Below, piece by piece: positions 1 to 12,455 of a stretch of DNA of 64,000 nucleotides. The position numbers and the translations under genes were made by a program. This DNA is from Octopus sinensis (Eukaryota), in contig NC_043009.1 in the NCBI RefSeq assembly GCF_006345805.1, positions 57,784,001 through 57,848,000 of the forward strand, given 5' to 3'. The notes under the pieces were generated by a model. That model was not told where the DNA came from and did not search any database. It saw only the letters and a list, made by a program, of their open reading frames with translations. Within the stretch, counting starts at the first letter, position 1. Each line of letters starts with the position of its first letter.

Positions 1-59
1 ATTGTGGGTAAGGGAGATAACTGTTCAGCTTTCGGTAATGGGAGGGAAATATATATGTA

Positions 60-445
60 TACAGACAAAGACAAGTTTCGAAAACCTTGTTTAATGAGGG
101 GATTTATGTACAGTGATGTAATCGTGAATTGAAATATGTAAAAAGATAAAAGTTGGTTATGTGTGCATATTAAGACGTGTTCTGTATTTTTTAATGAAAA
201 AAGTTTCTTTATTTAAACGTTCTAGTAGAGAGATTGTGTCTTTGCACTGGTAGAAGGGGAAGACTGTGAAATTTGGTTTGATGTTATCTGCACATTTTCC
301 TATATGTTCATTGAGAGGAATTTGCCTGTATTGCGGGAAACGGATTTGCTCTTTATGTAGAGTAGTTCTCTTTCTCAAGGTCATACTCGTGTGTCCAATA
401 TAGTTCTGTCCGCAACCCGAGCAGGTTATTATATAAATTTAGTTT
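60..445 (-). mobile_element. Penelope-like element 3' remnant: GIY-YIG endonuclease C-terminus plus 3' flank
   Basis: Minus strand reads IYIITCSGCGQNYIGHTSMTLRKRTTLHKEQIRFPQY...ETFFIKKYRTRLNMHT* (stop at 157). This is the PLE-type GIY-YIG pattern (IY.I.C..C...YIG.T...L..R...H, conserved E near the C-terminus). A decayed hammerhead-like stretch follows at ~64-100. Confidence 0.85.
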
Positions 446-763
446 CCCTTGTGCCCCTGAGAACCTTACAGAAGATATGTATGTATCACATTATTTTGCA
501 TATTAATTGATAAGTGTATTAAGCATGTCAATTTAACAACTGGATGTGTAAGTCCTTTTACAAACCAAGTTTTGGTAACTAATTGAACCTCAATTTATAC
601 AACTATTTTACTTTATATTGTGACATCATGCTTCACTTGTATGAATGATTGGTAACGGTAGATTCAGAAAAACAATAGAAAAAGTTTTAGCTTCTAATGA
701 AATTTACAAAACTAGTTTTATGTACTGAGTAGCCTATACTTTGTTTACATATGTTTAACAAAC

Positions 764-799
<36 letters not shown>

Positions 800-1109
800 C
801 CTATCTATCTATATGTACACATACGTACGCACACACACAACACACACAGACTTATACACTTACATACGAATATATAACTCTTCTTATTGTATGCCATTAT
901 ACAGGCGCAATGAACTCATTACCCGCTGTTTATGGTGTTATTGTTAACAGCAGGTACAAAATTATCTTCTTTGACAGAATGATCAGAAAACAGAAAGATT
1001 GTTAAAACAGATACTTTGAGAAAAAATCCATTGATATACATTTACCGAATATATTTTGTGTGTATGTCTGCTTTTCTATAGTTTTGCATTAAGGTGTATG
1101 TTTAATACA

Positions 1110-1780
1110 TTTCTCGACCGTATTGTGACTTGCGATGAAAACTGAATTCTGTACTATAATAAAAATTAAAAAACGTTCTTCGCAGTAGTTGGACCAAAAT
1201 GAAGCACCAAAAACTTCCCTAAACCGAAGCTCTTCTAAAAGAAGGTTATGGTGACTGTTTGGTGGTGTACTGCTTGGCTCATCCACTATAACTTCTTAAT
1301 ACCCGGAAAAAATATTTATGTAGAAGCATATTGCTACGAAATTGCCAAAATGAAAGAAAAACTGCTTCTCCTCCATCACATACTGGTTAACAGAAGAGGG
1401 TTAATCATTCTTCATGACAATGCCCGACCACACGTTTCCCTAATGACGCTCCAGAAGTTGAGGAAACTTGGCTACGAAGTTCTTCTCTACATAGCTTATT
1501 CCTCAGACCTTTCCCCTACCGACTACCACTTTTTCAAGTACTTTCTCTGCGAGAGAAAGAGTTAAAAAGTCAAACCGATGTTGAAAGTGCATTCAAAGAG
1601 TCATCAGCTCCAGAACGACAGGTTTTTAATGTTACTGGAATAAACAAACTTGTAGCTTGTTGGCAAAAATGTGTTGATTGTAATGGTGCTTGTTTCATAT
1701 ATAAAATTTCCGCATTGTTGAAATATATTGTGATGATTTTCATGATTCAAAACGTTTCTTACCCTTTACTCAGCCTGATA
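1110..1780 (+). mobile_element. Mariner transposase remnant (catalytic DDD half, 5'-truncated) with putative right TIR
   Basis: FLDRIVTCDE, KVMVTVWW, HDNARPH and YSSDLSPTDYHFF motifs with stops and frameshifts. It ends ...ACTCAGCCTGA-TA, whose reverse complement starts TATCAGG like the left end at 44248. Confidence 0.9.
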
Positions 1781-2562
1781 GATTGCTGTATGTTGTGGCC
1801 AAGAAAATTGGTGATGTCAGTGGACTCCTGGTCGGTCATCATAACCTCGAAGGGATCTACTGAGAATTTCTGTGAATAAATAAGTTGTTCTATTTCAAAA
1901 ACGTTTTCCGGGCAAGGATGTTAATTACAATTTCTTTGTTTGTGATTTTAGCGAGCGATTAAGCAAAATTCGCTGCGTTTCGCAATACCTGCAGCATGAT
2001 CAACAGATAATAGTTTCAAACGTTAAAATAGAAAGAAGTTCCTATCGTTTTTTCCCTCTTTTTTTTTTCCTGTGATTGCCTTAAACTATTTAATCAGATC
2101 CAATTCAAATATCTAAGAACTAAAGATAAGCACAAGCTTGGTTTTTTTTTTACTCGAAGGTCTGTTGGTTCAAGGATACGTTTAGAATCAGTCTAATTGC
2201 TGCTGGTCCCCGTTAAAATGTCTTATACGATCCCTGTATGTAACGGCACATGTTAGTATTAAGTTTGAAAGAAAGAGAGAGAAGGAAGAATGGGGAGAAG
2301 GGGAGAGGGAGAGAGAGAAAGACAGGGAGAAAGGAGAGAGAAAGATAGATATGGAGACGGAGAGGAAAAGAGACAGACAGATAGAAAAAGAGAAGATGGA
2401 AAAGAGAAAGATAAAGTGATAATGATAAAGGGAGAGAGTCGGCAAGCCAATAGAAGCAGAGGCGTGGTCAGTGGAGAGGACAAAAGAAACACATGCACAA
2501 GCAATTGCGTACACAACCGTCGTAAACTTAAGTACACATCGTGCGTGTCTAACTTTCTGTCT

Positions 2563-2662
2563 NNNNNNNNNNNNNNNNNNNNNNNNNNNNNNNNNNNNNN
2601 NNNNNNNNNNNNNNNNNNNNNNNNNNNNNNNNNNNNNNNNNNNNNNNNNNNNNNNNNNNNNN
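2563..2662. other. Assembly gap (100 N)
   Basis: Run of exactly 100 Ns. Confidence 1.
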
Positions 2663-2722
2663 AAGTCGACCTCGGCGGAATTAAAACTCGGAACGTAACG
2701 ACAGGCGAAATACGGCTACGCA
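2663..2722 (-). mobile_element. SINE family B fragment abutting the gap
   Basis: AAGTCGACCTCGGCGGAATT..AACTC.GAACGTAACG matches full copies such as 32561-32790. Confidence 0.75.
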
Positions 2723-2723
2723 A

Positions 2724-3097
2724 TAGGCGCAAGCGTGGCTGTGTGGTAAGAACCTTGCTTCCCAACTACATGGTTCCGGGTTCAGTCCCACTGCGTGGCT
2801 CCTTGAGCTAGTTTCTGCTACACCCTAGGGCCGACCAATGCCTTGTGAGTGAATTTGGAAGACGGAAACTGAAAGAAGCCTATCGTATATTTGTGCATCT
2901 GTGTTTGGGCCCCACCCACCACGCCATCACTTGACAACTGATGTTTATGTCTCCGAAACTTAGCAATGCGGCAATAGAGTCTGACAAAAGTACTAGGCTT
3001 AGAAAGAATAAGCACTAGGGTCGATTCGTTCGAGCAAAGGCGGTGCTCCTGCATGGCCGCTGTCAAATGACTTAAACAAGGAAAAGAATGAAAGAAT
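2724..3097 (+). mobile_element. SINE family A (tRNA-derived head, octopus OR-like)
   Basis: GTGGCTGTGTGGTAAG A-box-like and GGTTCAGTCCC B-box-like head. The body GGGCCGACCAATGCCTTGTGAG and tail GCATGGCCGC.GTCAAATGAC..AAAC are shared with many other copies in the window. Confidence 0.85.
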
Positions 3098-3278
3098 ATA
3101 TATACATACATATGTATAAACACACATATATATATGTATATATGTGTGTGTGCGTGCGTGTATGTATATATATATATATATATACGCTTGAGTATATATA
3201 TTCTTGTGTGTTTATATATATGTAAGATATATATATATATGTTTGAGTATATATCCTGTGTGTGTTTATATATACGTA

Positions 3279-3309
<31 letters not shown>

Positions 3310-3440
3310 CTACATCTATATATATATATATACTATATATATATATTATATATATATAATATATATATATAATATATATATATACATACATATATATGCA
3401 TGTATGTATATATATTGTTTCTTTTTTCGTAAACTCTCCC

Positions 3441-3498
<58 letters not shown>

Positions 3499-3540
3499 GC
3501 ATATATATATAAACACATATTTATATACAATATATATAAT
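3098..3540. repeat. (TA)n/(TG)n compound microsatellite
   Basis: Direct inspection. Confidence 0.95.
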
Positions 3541-4667
3541 TTTTTCTCTTTTTCTCTCTCTTTCCTCTGATTCTTTTGTCTAATCTTCCACTACCCTCCT
3601 ACTTCTTTGTCTCGCTCTGCACTCACAGGTCAATCTTCGACACCCATATCCCTTCTCCTCTCTGATTCCTTCTTTCTCTCTCTTCTCTCTCTTTGTTGCG
3701 TTTGTCCCTCCTCTCTCTCTCTCCTCTCTCTCTCTCTTCCGTTGCTTCTCTTTCTTTTCTTTTCTCTCTTCTCTGTCACGTGACTGCTGCCGAATCTGCC
3801 TTCAGCTTCTGCCAGCGTCGTGTTAACATCGTGTTTTTTTCGCCCCCGCTATAGGCATCGCCGATAAGGCTCCTTTCCTTTCCCCGCGCCAGAGAAAAAT
3901 TTGTTTGCTTGTTATCAGTCGTAAGACACTTGTTGTTGTTTTCCACCGTTAATGCTTCTGTATTTCATGTTTCTGTATTCCATTAATTTTTTGTTTTTTT
4001 ATATTCGTCCCTTTTGCTGTCCTGGTGTCCGTATGCATTCGATCCTTCTTCCAGGAAATCTACGCTCCCAGCTTAGTTTTTCTAATGCTCGTTGCTTAGT
4101 TTTTCTTGGAGGGCTGGCCGTGATCTAGTAATCTCAAGATTAATCAGCCGAAATTACTACGATGATCCGGTTCTGACTGAAGATTGAGGGTTTCGAATGT
4201 CCTGTCCGTGTTTATTGTATCGTCTTCTAAGAGTTATACGTTCTTGTCCTGTTGTATTTTTCTACATACCTTAATATATATATATTATATATATATTATA
4301 TATATATATAATATATATATCTATATATATCTACATATATATATATATACATACACATACATACATATACATATATATATGCTCACATAGAAAGATGTCT
4401 TCGCAAAAAAAAAATGGAAGAATTAGTGTTTTGCTGTACTTGATGACGTTCCCTGTCGATATTAAAACTTCAAATAAAGTCTTGGGTAGACTTGAGTTTT
4501 TCTCTTCTCTCTTCTCTTTGAATTTTTTTCCCCCTTCTTCTTCTTATCTATGAAGGCTCTCAGAAACTTTCTTTTTTCAACCTTGAATAATTCTATGTAT
4601 AGAGAGATTCTAAGAAGTAAATAGCTGTATTTTTGGTAACTGGCCGTAACATTTGAAATACCATCGA

Positions 4668-4668
4668 A

Positions 4669-4718
<50 letters not shown>

Positions 4719-4750
4719 GACTACTACTACTACGACTCCTCCTCCTCCTC

Positions 4751-4787
<37 letters not shown>

Positions 4788-4817
4788 CAGTACTACTACT
4801 ACTGCTGCTGCTGCTGC
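4668..4817. repeat. (TAC)n/(TGC)n trinucleotide tract
   Basis: Direct inspection. Confidence 0.95.
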
Positions 4818-5184
4818 AATGATAATAATTCAAAGACGAGAAATTCATCTATACATATAAAAAATCATTAAACGTCTGATAGCTTTTGGAATTTTTCGTA
4901 AAAAAAAATTGTTATTGAAGAATGTATCCTACTGACTTGTATTTATGTGAAGAATCAAAGAAGTGTAACACACAGGCGCACATACGGACGCATAAGAAAA
5001 AAACCTTATACACACGTACAAATACACAACTATATATCTAGATACACAGATATTTGTGTATTGTTAGCTGTATATGAGTGTTTGCCTGTGCATAAGTAAA
5101 TTAAGGTGTATAATATTAATTTCTAACCGTGTTCATATGTGTATATGTATGTATGTATGTATGTATGCAAGTATCTCTTTTGGC

Positions 5185-5215
<31 letters not shown>

Positions 5216-5361
5216 TACATACATACATACATATATACAGGCAAATAGACAGAGATAGAAAGATACATATTTGATATACATACAAATATATAGATAGCTA
5301 TAGCTAAATCGATATTTATATATACATATATTTGTGGGCTTCACTCTTTCTGTCTGTCTCG

Positions 5362-5397
<36 letters not shown>

Positions 5398-5646
5398 TGT
5401 TAAGTAGGGTGTGTGTGTGTGGGCGTGGGAATATATATGTACCACCCGAGTGTTCATTAGATAAATATAATCTTCTAACTAAGCAATGGAACTCAATATT
5501 ATTTAAGCAGCGTAAATAATATTTATTCATCACGTCTTTGAGCTGACAATTATACAGACAGCTTCGTTCCCCGATGGAAATATTCACAACAAATTCCATT
5601 TTGCAGCCAGCTTTCCTTCGGGAGCTCGCTGACACACACACACCAC

Positions 5647-5681
<35 letters not shown>

Positions 5682-6194
5682 ACACACACACATACACACA
5701 CACACACATAACACACACATACACACACACATAATGCAGTATTCGCGTGTCTGTAGGATCATCAACGAAGTACTAATTCCAGCAAGATAAGTGTTATTTA
5801 ATAAATACAATATTTTTATGTCTTACTCGAAGTGTCACCCTTGCATATTGCAGTAATTCAACAGTGGTTACGTAGCGTCACGTGTACAATTGCCTGATCC
5901 TGCACGGTATATTATGCAAACTTGTCTGATTACTGTACTTTCTGATCATGAAACTTGAAGTATCTCACGTCTAGTTATTAAACTAGTTTTAAATGACTCT
6001 CAAACACACACACACAATTACGCACACACGTTCAGACACATAAACGCACACACTTACGCACACATATATATGTGTATCGATGTACGCTTGCAAATATAGA
6101 TTTAAGTTATTAGGCTTTCACGCAAAGTTTTTTATATTTAAGGAACTTATAAAATGGGGCTGCGAACAATTCTCCTTTACGGCAGCGAGTCATA

Positions 6195-6670
6195 GCCGAT
6201 AAGGGTGGAAGATATTAAGCAACTAGAATCCTTCGATCACCTCTGTCTACGCCGCATCCATCGTGTCCGATGGCACCACTTTATCTCCAACAATTCGGTG
6301 CGACACCAGTGCAGAATCACCTCCCTCCGACAAGTCATCCTAACGAGACGTTTGCGTTGGCTGGGTCATGCTCTCCGTCGTCAACCAGGAGAATTCCTCT
6401 ACGAAGCAATTGCTCCAGCTCCCCTTCAGGGTTAGCGAAAGTGATGTGGTAGACAACGAAAAACCTGGATGATGACAGTCAAGGCTGATCTGGAACCCAA
6501 CCTAGGCCCCCCTATCTACGGCGTTCGCCGCTGGAATAAGGAGTGGCTGGAGATCACACGGTCGTTAGCTTCAAATCGTCAGGCCTGGTCGGCGTTTGTG
6601 AGAGATGCACATTGAGGATGAATGAAGCCAGCTCAACCCACCCCGTGTGAATGCTGTCTCCAGACAAGAA
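6195..6670 (+). mobile_element. RTE-clade LINE 3' end (5'-truncated)
   Basis: LESFDHLCLRRIHRVRWHHFISN...RRLRWLGHALRR...GRQRKTW...NRQAWSAFV is the typical C-terminus of an RTE-type ORF. It is followed by a short 3' UTR. Confidence 0.85.
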
Positions 6671-6685
6671 GATAGTATATAGTTA

Positions 6686-7399
6686 TCAACCCATTTAGTG
6701 CCAAATATTTTGGGGGTTTGTCGGGTGTCTTGGGAGTTAAAATAATATATAGTATTTAGATTTTGTTCATATGTGAATTATTTTAGAAATTATGATAAAT
6801 TTTTCGAAAAGTCCCAAATGGGGATCGCTGAAAAAAAATGCTTTTCCTTTTCTATTCAATTGCAATAATAAACATTTTTTTTTAATGAAATTATAGCATC
6901 AAATACGAATGTGTATGAAATATCAATGAATGATATAAATGGGAAATGCAAAAAAAAAAGGTACCTTTTGAAAACAGTTAATATTTTTGTAGTTCAACAA
7001 TTGCGATTTATGACATAAAATGTCCCCCTAGAATTAGTTAGAGCTAATAATGATAAACTTTAATTACTGGAGGCGCAATGGCCCAATGGTTAGGGCAGCG
7101 GACTTGTGGTTTCGATTCCCAGACCGGCGTTGTGAGTGTTTATTGAGCAAAAACACCTAAAGCTCCACGAGGCTCCTGCAGCGGATGGTGGCAACCCCTG
7201 CTGTACTAAGAAAGGCGGTCCATCAGCATGGCCGCAGCTCTGAGCTGAAACAAAAAAAAAAATTTTTTTTTAATATTGTTAAATACACCTCTGCAAATGC
7301 AATGTACAGAAGCAATTCACTTTAAATATACCGAACAGTCAGCAGTGAGACTATTTTTAACAGATCCCCAAATGGGGTTCATACCAGGCAATGGATTAA
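6686..7399. mobile_element. Possible piggyBac-like non-autonomous element with a SINE inside
   Basis: Left end TCAACCCATT..GTGCC and right end GGCAATGGATTAA form a degenerate TTAA-CCCATT-type TIR pair. CCCAAATGGGG occurs near both ends. Confidence 0.35.
7069..7262 (+). mobile_element. Chimeric SINE: family C tRNA-like head joined to a family A tail
   Basis: GGAGGCGCAATGGCCCAATGGTTAGGGCAGCGGACT head matches 55887. The tail AAGGCGG..CAGCATGGCCGCAG..CTGAAAC matches family A. Confidence 0.7.
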
Positions 7400-8689
7400 T
7401 CACGTAGGAATTCTGAATGTTGTTGACCATTTGAGAACGAGTAGAAATCGAAATTAAGACAAATTGCTCAACAGGAATTAAAAATCATGTTAATTATCAT
7501 ATAAGGAATAAATTGAAGTTAGAAAGATGCATAGAATAACATTCATAATTAAGAAAGGTGAGATGTGTAAATGAACAATTTTGTAGGTAATAAACAGCTA
7601 ATGTGCAGATGTTAGACATTAGGGAGATAATTTTGAAGGCTATAATCACATACAGTAAAATGTGACACATATATTTAGTAAGTAATTAAGAAATATTAAT
7701 TACATATACAAAAATATAATTAAGAAATTGTAACGATTTAAGGAATAATAAAATTAAACGATTAAAATTAACGATTGCGTGTGTTTGTGTACGCGTGTAT
7801 TACGTTTTTGTAAACTGTGAAATAGATTTTGAATAAGTATCGTTTGACGGAGCACTGCATCGAGAAATTGCAAGATATTTTATTTAAAGTCGATAACTCC
7901 GATTGCATAAATCAAAATAATATAGACATACGTATTCGTAGTTGGTTATGTTAAAGATAAAAATTAATTAGCAAATAATCTGTGATTAGTAAAAGCGAAG
8001 ATAGTCGATTCTAGTAAGGCAGAGCCAAAGATGTAATTGGATTAAGAAATAACTTTACTATTTAGATTTTTTTAAGCAATTAGGAAATTTTAATTAAGTT
8101 AAATAAGGGTGATTATATACTCAATGTTAACGTTATTATGCGCTGCATTTAAAGTTGGTGGTTACAATTAAATATAGATTAAATTAATAAACCATAAATC
8201 AGTGGAATGAATTGGAGGTATATACTTCATGAAGATACTATAAAAGGATTGTATAACTTTACAATGAAATAATTAGTACCGAACGAATTTAATTGTGTGA
8301 TGGCCCGCATTAGCGGATTTAAATGTAAGATGTAAATAGAATAATGAAATAGCTACGGAAGTGGAGGGGCAGAAGAAAAAGTGAAGCAAAGAAATTAGGT
8401 TAAAAGATGAAATAAGCTAAGCGTGTGTTAAACAATGTTCAAGGATTTCAATTAAGAAAAGCAAGCGGTGTATGTAGAGGGGTGGTAAAGCTATTTTTTG
8501 AGGATAAATCTGAACTGATTAATGAAATTATGGGGAGGCGGGGTTGGGAATAAAAGTGGATGGAATTAAAAGGGACAGGATAGGTGAATGAATAAAGAAA
8601 ACAAAACGGTTATGGGGGCAGAGTCAGAAGTTCAGGTATTAACAAGAAAATAAAATTATGAAAATAATGAAATTGTATTTTATATGCGT

Positions 8690-9092
8690 GTTTTACTTGT
8701 CTCAGCCATTGGATTATGGCCATACTGGAGTACCAAGTTGAAAGGTTTTCTCGAACAAGTTGACTCCATTTTATACTTTTTTTTGTTCTAAAGTCTGGCA
8801 TTTACTCTATTGTTCTCCTCTGTCGAACCACTCTCTTGTGTGGGCGTGAACAAACCAATATATGTTTTCCAGCAGTTGAGGGGCAAAAACACACGCAGAT
8901 ACACACACACAAACACACACAGACACACACACACACGTATATTACTGACTGTTTCCGTCTACCGAATTCACGCACATGGCATTGGTCGGCCCGGGGTAAT
9001 AGTAGGAGACACTTGCAGCCGCAGCATTTGCGCAATCGCACTGAAACGGAACCTGCATGTTTGCAAAGAGAAACTCTTAACACGTGCAACTG
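8690..9092 (-). mobile_element. SINE family A, diverged
   Basis: TTTCCGTCTACC.AATTCAC.CAC...GCATTGGTCGGCCCGGGG is the reverse complement of the family A body. Confidence 0.7.
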
Positions 9093-9317
9093 TACAAGTT
9101 AGGAGATGTCACATTTTAAGAAGTGAAAATGCAAAGTGGCCGTGGAGGGCAACCTATGGAAATAGAGTATAGTGTGTGAGCAGTTAAGGGGCCGCATATC
9201 ATAAAGCGATCGGAGAACAACAAAGACGTGCTAAATATACGGAGATGAAATTTATAAGATGAGATCAAAGGATGGTATAATGTAAGGGATTGGTTAGTGC
9301 ATATTACTCCCTAAGAA

Positions 9318-9534
9318 GGCAGGACCGGTTTCACAGTTTCTCTGGCGTATATATTCCTCCCTGTACGGAACGCCAATTCGTCGAAGGGTTGCTCATTTTT
9401 ATCAGCTGATTAATGTTAAATGAAGTGTTTTATTGACGAGCACAACGCATCGCCCGCTCCAGGTATCGAAACCACAATCTTTCTTACGATCATAACTCAA
9501 ACTCCCCCTATCCACTAAGCCATGCGCCTTCACA
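9318..9534 (-). mobile_element. SINE family D (tRNA-like head GTGAAGGCGCATGGCTTAGTGG)
   Basis: Minus-strand head with A/B-box-like motifs (TGGCTTAGTGG ... GGTTTCGATACC). Shared with 13308, 50535 and 59245. Confidence 0.7.
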
Positions 9535-9559
9535 ACCTACAGGTTTACTATATCATAAA

Positions 9560-9949
9560 CTAGCAGTATAGCCCGGCGTTGCTCGGGTTTGTTTCGACCC
9601 TTTAGAATTGGAATTTTTGACAAGTAAAAATTTTGCATTATGTAGCTTGTTATTCTCTTTAAGTGAACATTTTTCTGGTTGAAATACACCGAAAAATGGC
9701 GACACACCAGTCAAAAAATCGTAAAAAGTAATGATTTACATAGAAAAAAAGTACCTTTTTTATGTAAATAATTTTTGGTCCTTACATGATCCGATTTGAA
9801 TTTTATCTTTTACGGAATAAAGAGCAAGCCTTCTTCTATCATACTTTCAATTTTGGTCAACTTGCGCCGCAGGGTCTCGGAGGAGATAATGTTAGTTGAA
9901 GGCTACCAAACCTGCCACACACAGACAACGTCAGCTTTATATATATAGA
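9560..9949 (-). mobile_element. Complete non-autonomous Helitron (~390 bp)
   Basis: The minus strand begins A|TC (9949) and ends with hairpin CCCGAGCAACGCCGGG (9572-9587), 8 nt, then CTAG|T. This is the canonical 5'-TC...hairpin...CTRR-3' structure in an AT target without a TSD. Confidence 0.8.
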
Positions 9950-10269
9950 TTTGAGAGAGAAGAAAATATAACGTCATCAGTAGGAGAAATTATCTGTTGA
10001 GAATGTTAGAAAGTTTTAAAAGGCCTTGTTAGAAGGACCGTGTTAGGAATGTCGGTGAAGGTTAAGTGTAGGACGAATAATCTTCGAAATTCCCAGAAAT
10101 ATCTACGTTACATAATTTAAAAATCTAGCAGCTAACTTTTCTAGTTTAGATTAAAAAGGGGGAAATTATTTTTCGATTCTCAGATATCTCCGGTTATTAG
10201 AGCTTCATTTCTTCATGTTAATACGTTGTCTGATATAATAGGCATAAGAATTGCACATAAATTTTAAAA

Positions 10270-10654
10270 AGGAGTGGCTTTGTGGTAAGTAGCTTGCTAA
10301 CCAACCACATGGTTCCGGGTTCAGTCCCACTGCGTGGCATCTTGGGCAAGTGTCTTCTGCTATAGCCCCGGGCCGACCAATGCCTTGTGAGTGAAACTGA
10401 AAGAAGCCTGTCGTATACATGTATATATATATGTATGTATGTTTGTGTGTCTGTGTTTGTCTCCCTAGCATTGCTTGACAACCGATGCTGGTGTGTTTAC
10501 GTCCCCGTCACTTAGCGGTTCGGCAAATGAAAGACCGATAGAATAAGTACTGGGCTTACAAAGAATAAATCCTGGGGTCGATATGCTCGACTAAAGGCGG
10601 TGCTCCAGCATGGCCGCAGTCAAATGACTGAAACAAGTAAAAGAGTAAAAAGAG
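10270..10654 (+). mobile_element. SINE family A, near full length
   Basis: Head, body and (GTAAAAGA)n-like tail all present. Confidence 0.9.
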
Positions 10655-10944
10655 TTACAAGATATTCCAGTGCAAGCTTTAGATCTTCGGTTGACTGTGT
10701 TTAAAGTGTAAAGGTAAACTGTGCGCTTAGCTAAGCCATTAATGGTCGAAGAAGTAGGTGCTGGAGATATCTTCATTCCTTCCTCATGTCCAGCCCTCTA
10801 TCCCTTCACTATCGTCCCTTCTTCCATTTCTTTCTTCCCTCATTCTTTCGTTCATTCGTTCATTCTCTTCTTCCGTCCTATCTCCTTATTTTTTCTATTT
10901 ACCAGCTTGCCTATATTCTTCCCTTCATTTTTAATTACCGTTAC

Positions 10945-10952
10945 TCACTTTC

Positions 10953-10999
<47 letters not shown>

Positions 11000-11920
11000 T
11001 TCCTTCCTTCCTTCCTTCCTTCCTTCCTTCCTTCCTTCCTCCCTACCAGTCTTCCTTCCTCCCTTCCCTCCTTCTTGCCCTCCTTCCTTCCTTCCTTTCT
11101 TCCTTCCTCCATTCCCTCCTCCCTTCCCTCCTTCCATCCTTCCTTCCTTCCTCCCTTCCTTCCCTCCTTCCTTCCTCCTTTCCTCCCTCCCTTTCTTCCT
11201 CCTTTCTTTCTTTCCTTTTCCTCCCTCTTTCCTTCCTCCCTTCCTTCCTCCTTTCTTTTCCTTCCGTTCCTTCCTTCCTTCCCTCCCCTTCCTTCCTCCT
11301 TCCTTCCTCCTTCCTTCCCTCTCCTCTCCTCCTTCTTTCTTCCTTCCTCCTCCTTCCTTCCTTCCTTCCTTCCTCCCCTTCCTTCCTTCCTTCCCTCCTC
11401 TCCCCTCCTTCTTCCCCTTCCTCCTTCCTTCCTTCCTTCCTTCCTTCCTCCCTTCCTTCCCTCCTTCCTTCCTCTCCCTTCCTTTTCTTCCTTCCTTCCC
11501 TCCTTCCTTCCTTCCTTCCTCCCCCTCTGTTCCTTCCTTCCTTCCTCCCCCCTCCTTCTTCTCCCCTTCCTTCCTTCCTTCCCGTCCTTCCTTCCCCCTC
11601 CTTCTCCTTTTTTCCTCCTTCCGTCCTCCTTCCTTCCTCCCTTCCCTTCTTCCTTCCTTCCCTCCTTCCTTCCTTCCTTCCTCCCTCCCTTCCTTCCTTC
11701 CTTCCTCTCCCCTCCTTCTTCTCCCCTTCCTTCCTTCCTTCCTTCCTTCCTTCCTTCCTTCCTTCCTTCCTTCCTTCTTCCTTCCTTCCTTCCTTCCTTC
11801 CTTCTTTCCTTTCTCCCTTCCTTCCGTCCTAACTTCCTTCCTTCCTTCCTTCCTCTCTTCCTCTCCCCTTCCTTCCTTCTCTCGTTCCCTCCTTACCTCA
11901 TTCCTTCCTCTCCTTCCGTT
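10945..11920. repeat. (TTTC)n/(TTCC)n polypyrimidine tract, ~1 kb
   Basis: Direct inspection. It is the source of the spurious PSFL ORFs. Confidence 0.95.
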
Positions 11921-12399
11921 TCCCCTCTTACAATCTGTTATTTATTCCTTCACCAAAAATCCTAGCTCGCCCTCTCCCCACCCTTAAGCCCTTCCACTTT
12001 TTCTACTCCTTTCCCCCCCTCCTACCAATCTATTCCCTCTCCCTCACCCGTACCTACCCATGCATTCCCTTGTCTTCTTTGCAAACACTCGGTTACACCT
12101 GTCGAAATTGTTTCGTAGTTACCGACATCGGAAATTTTAATTTAATTAAATAATTAAATATCGAATTTAATTAATGGTTTCGTTAATTAAGTATCCCTAC
12201 CCAGCCACCCCTTCCCTCCTTCTCAATCTTTTTATATATTGCTCCCCATTCCTTATATTCAACACTCACGTACATATACACTCCCACAACTACGTATATA
12301 TATATATATATATATGTAAACTTAAGGAAGCACACACATATCCCTTGCATACGAATACACAGATCATACAAGCAAAATCACTGATATAACACACCCAAA

Positions 12400-12401
12400 C
12401 A

Positions 12402-12455
<54 letters not shown>

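Noticed and set aside
4100-4270. Hammerhead in the repeat shared with ~45062-45229 (CTGAAGA...CGAATG)
   Set aside because: Helix II and helix I cannot be formed and the GAAA is non-canonical. It is probably an interspersed repeat, but I could not classify it.
10721-11965. Long ORFs of 414 and 348 aa
   Set aside because: They are translations of (TTCC)n repeats.
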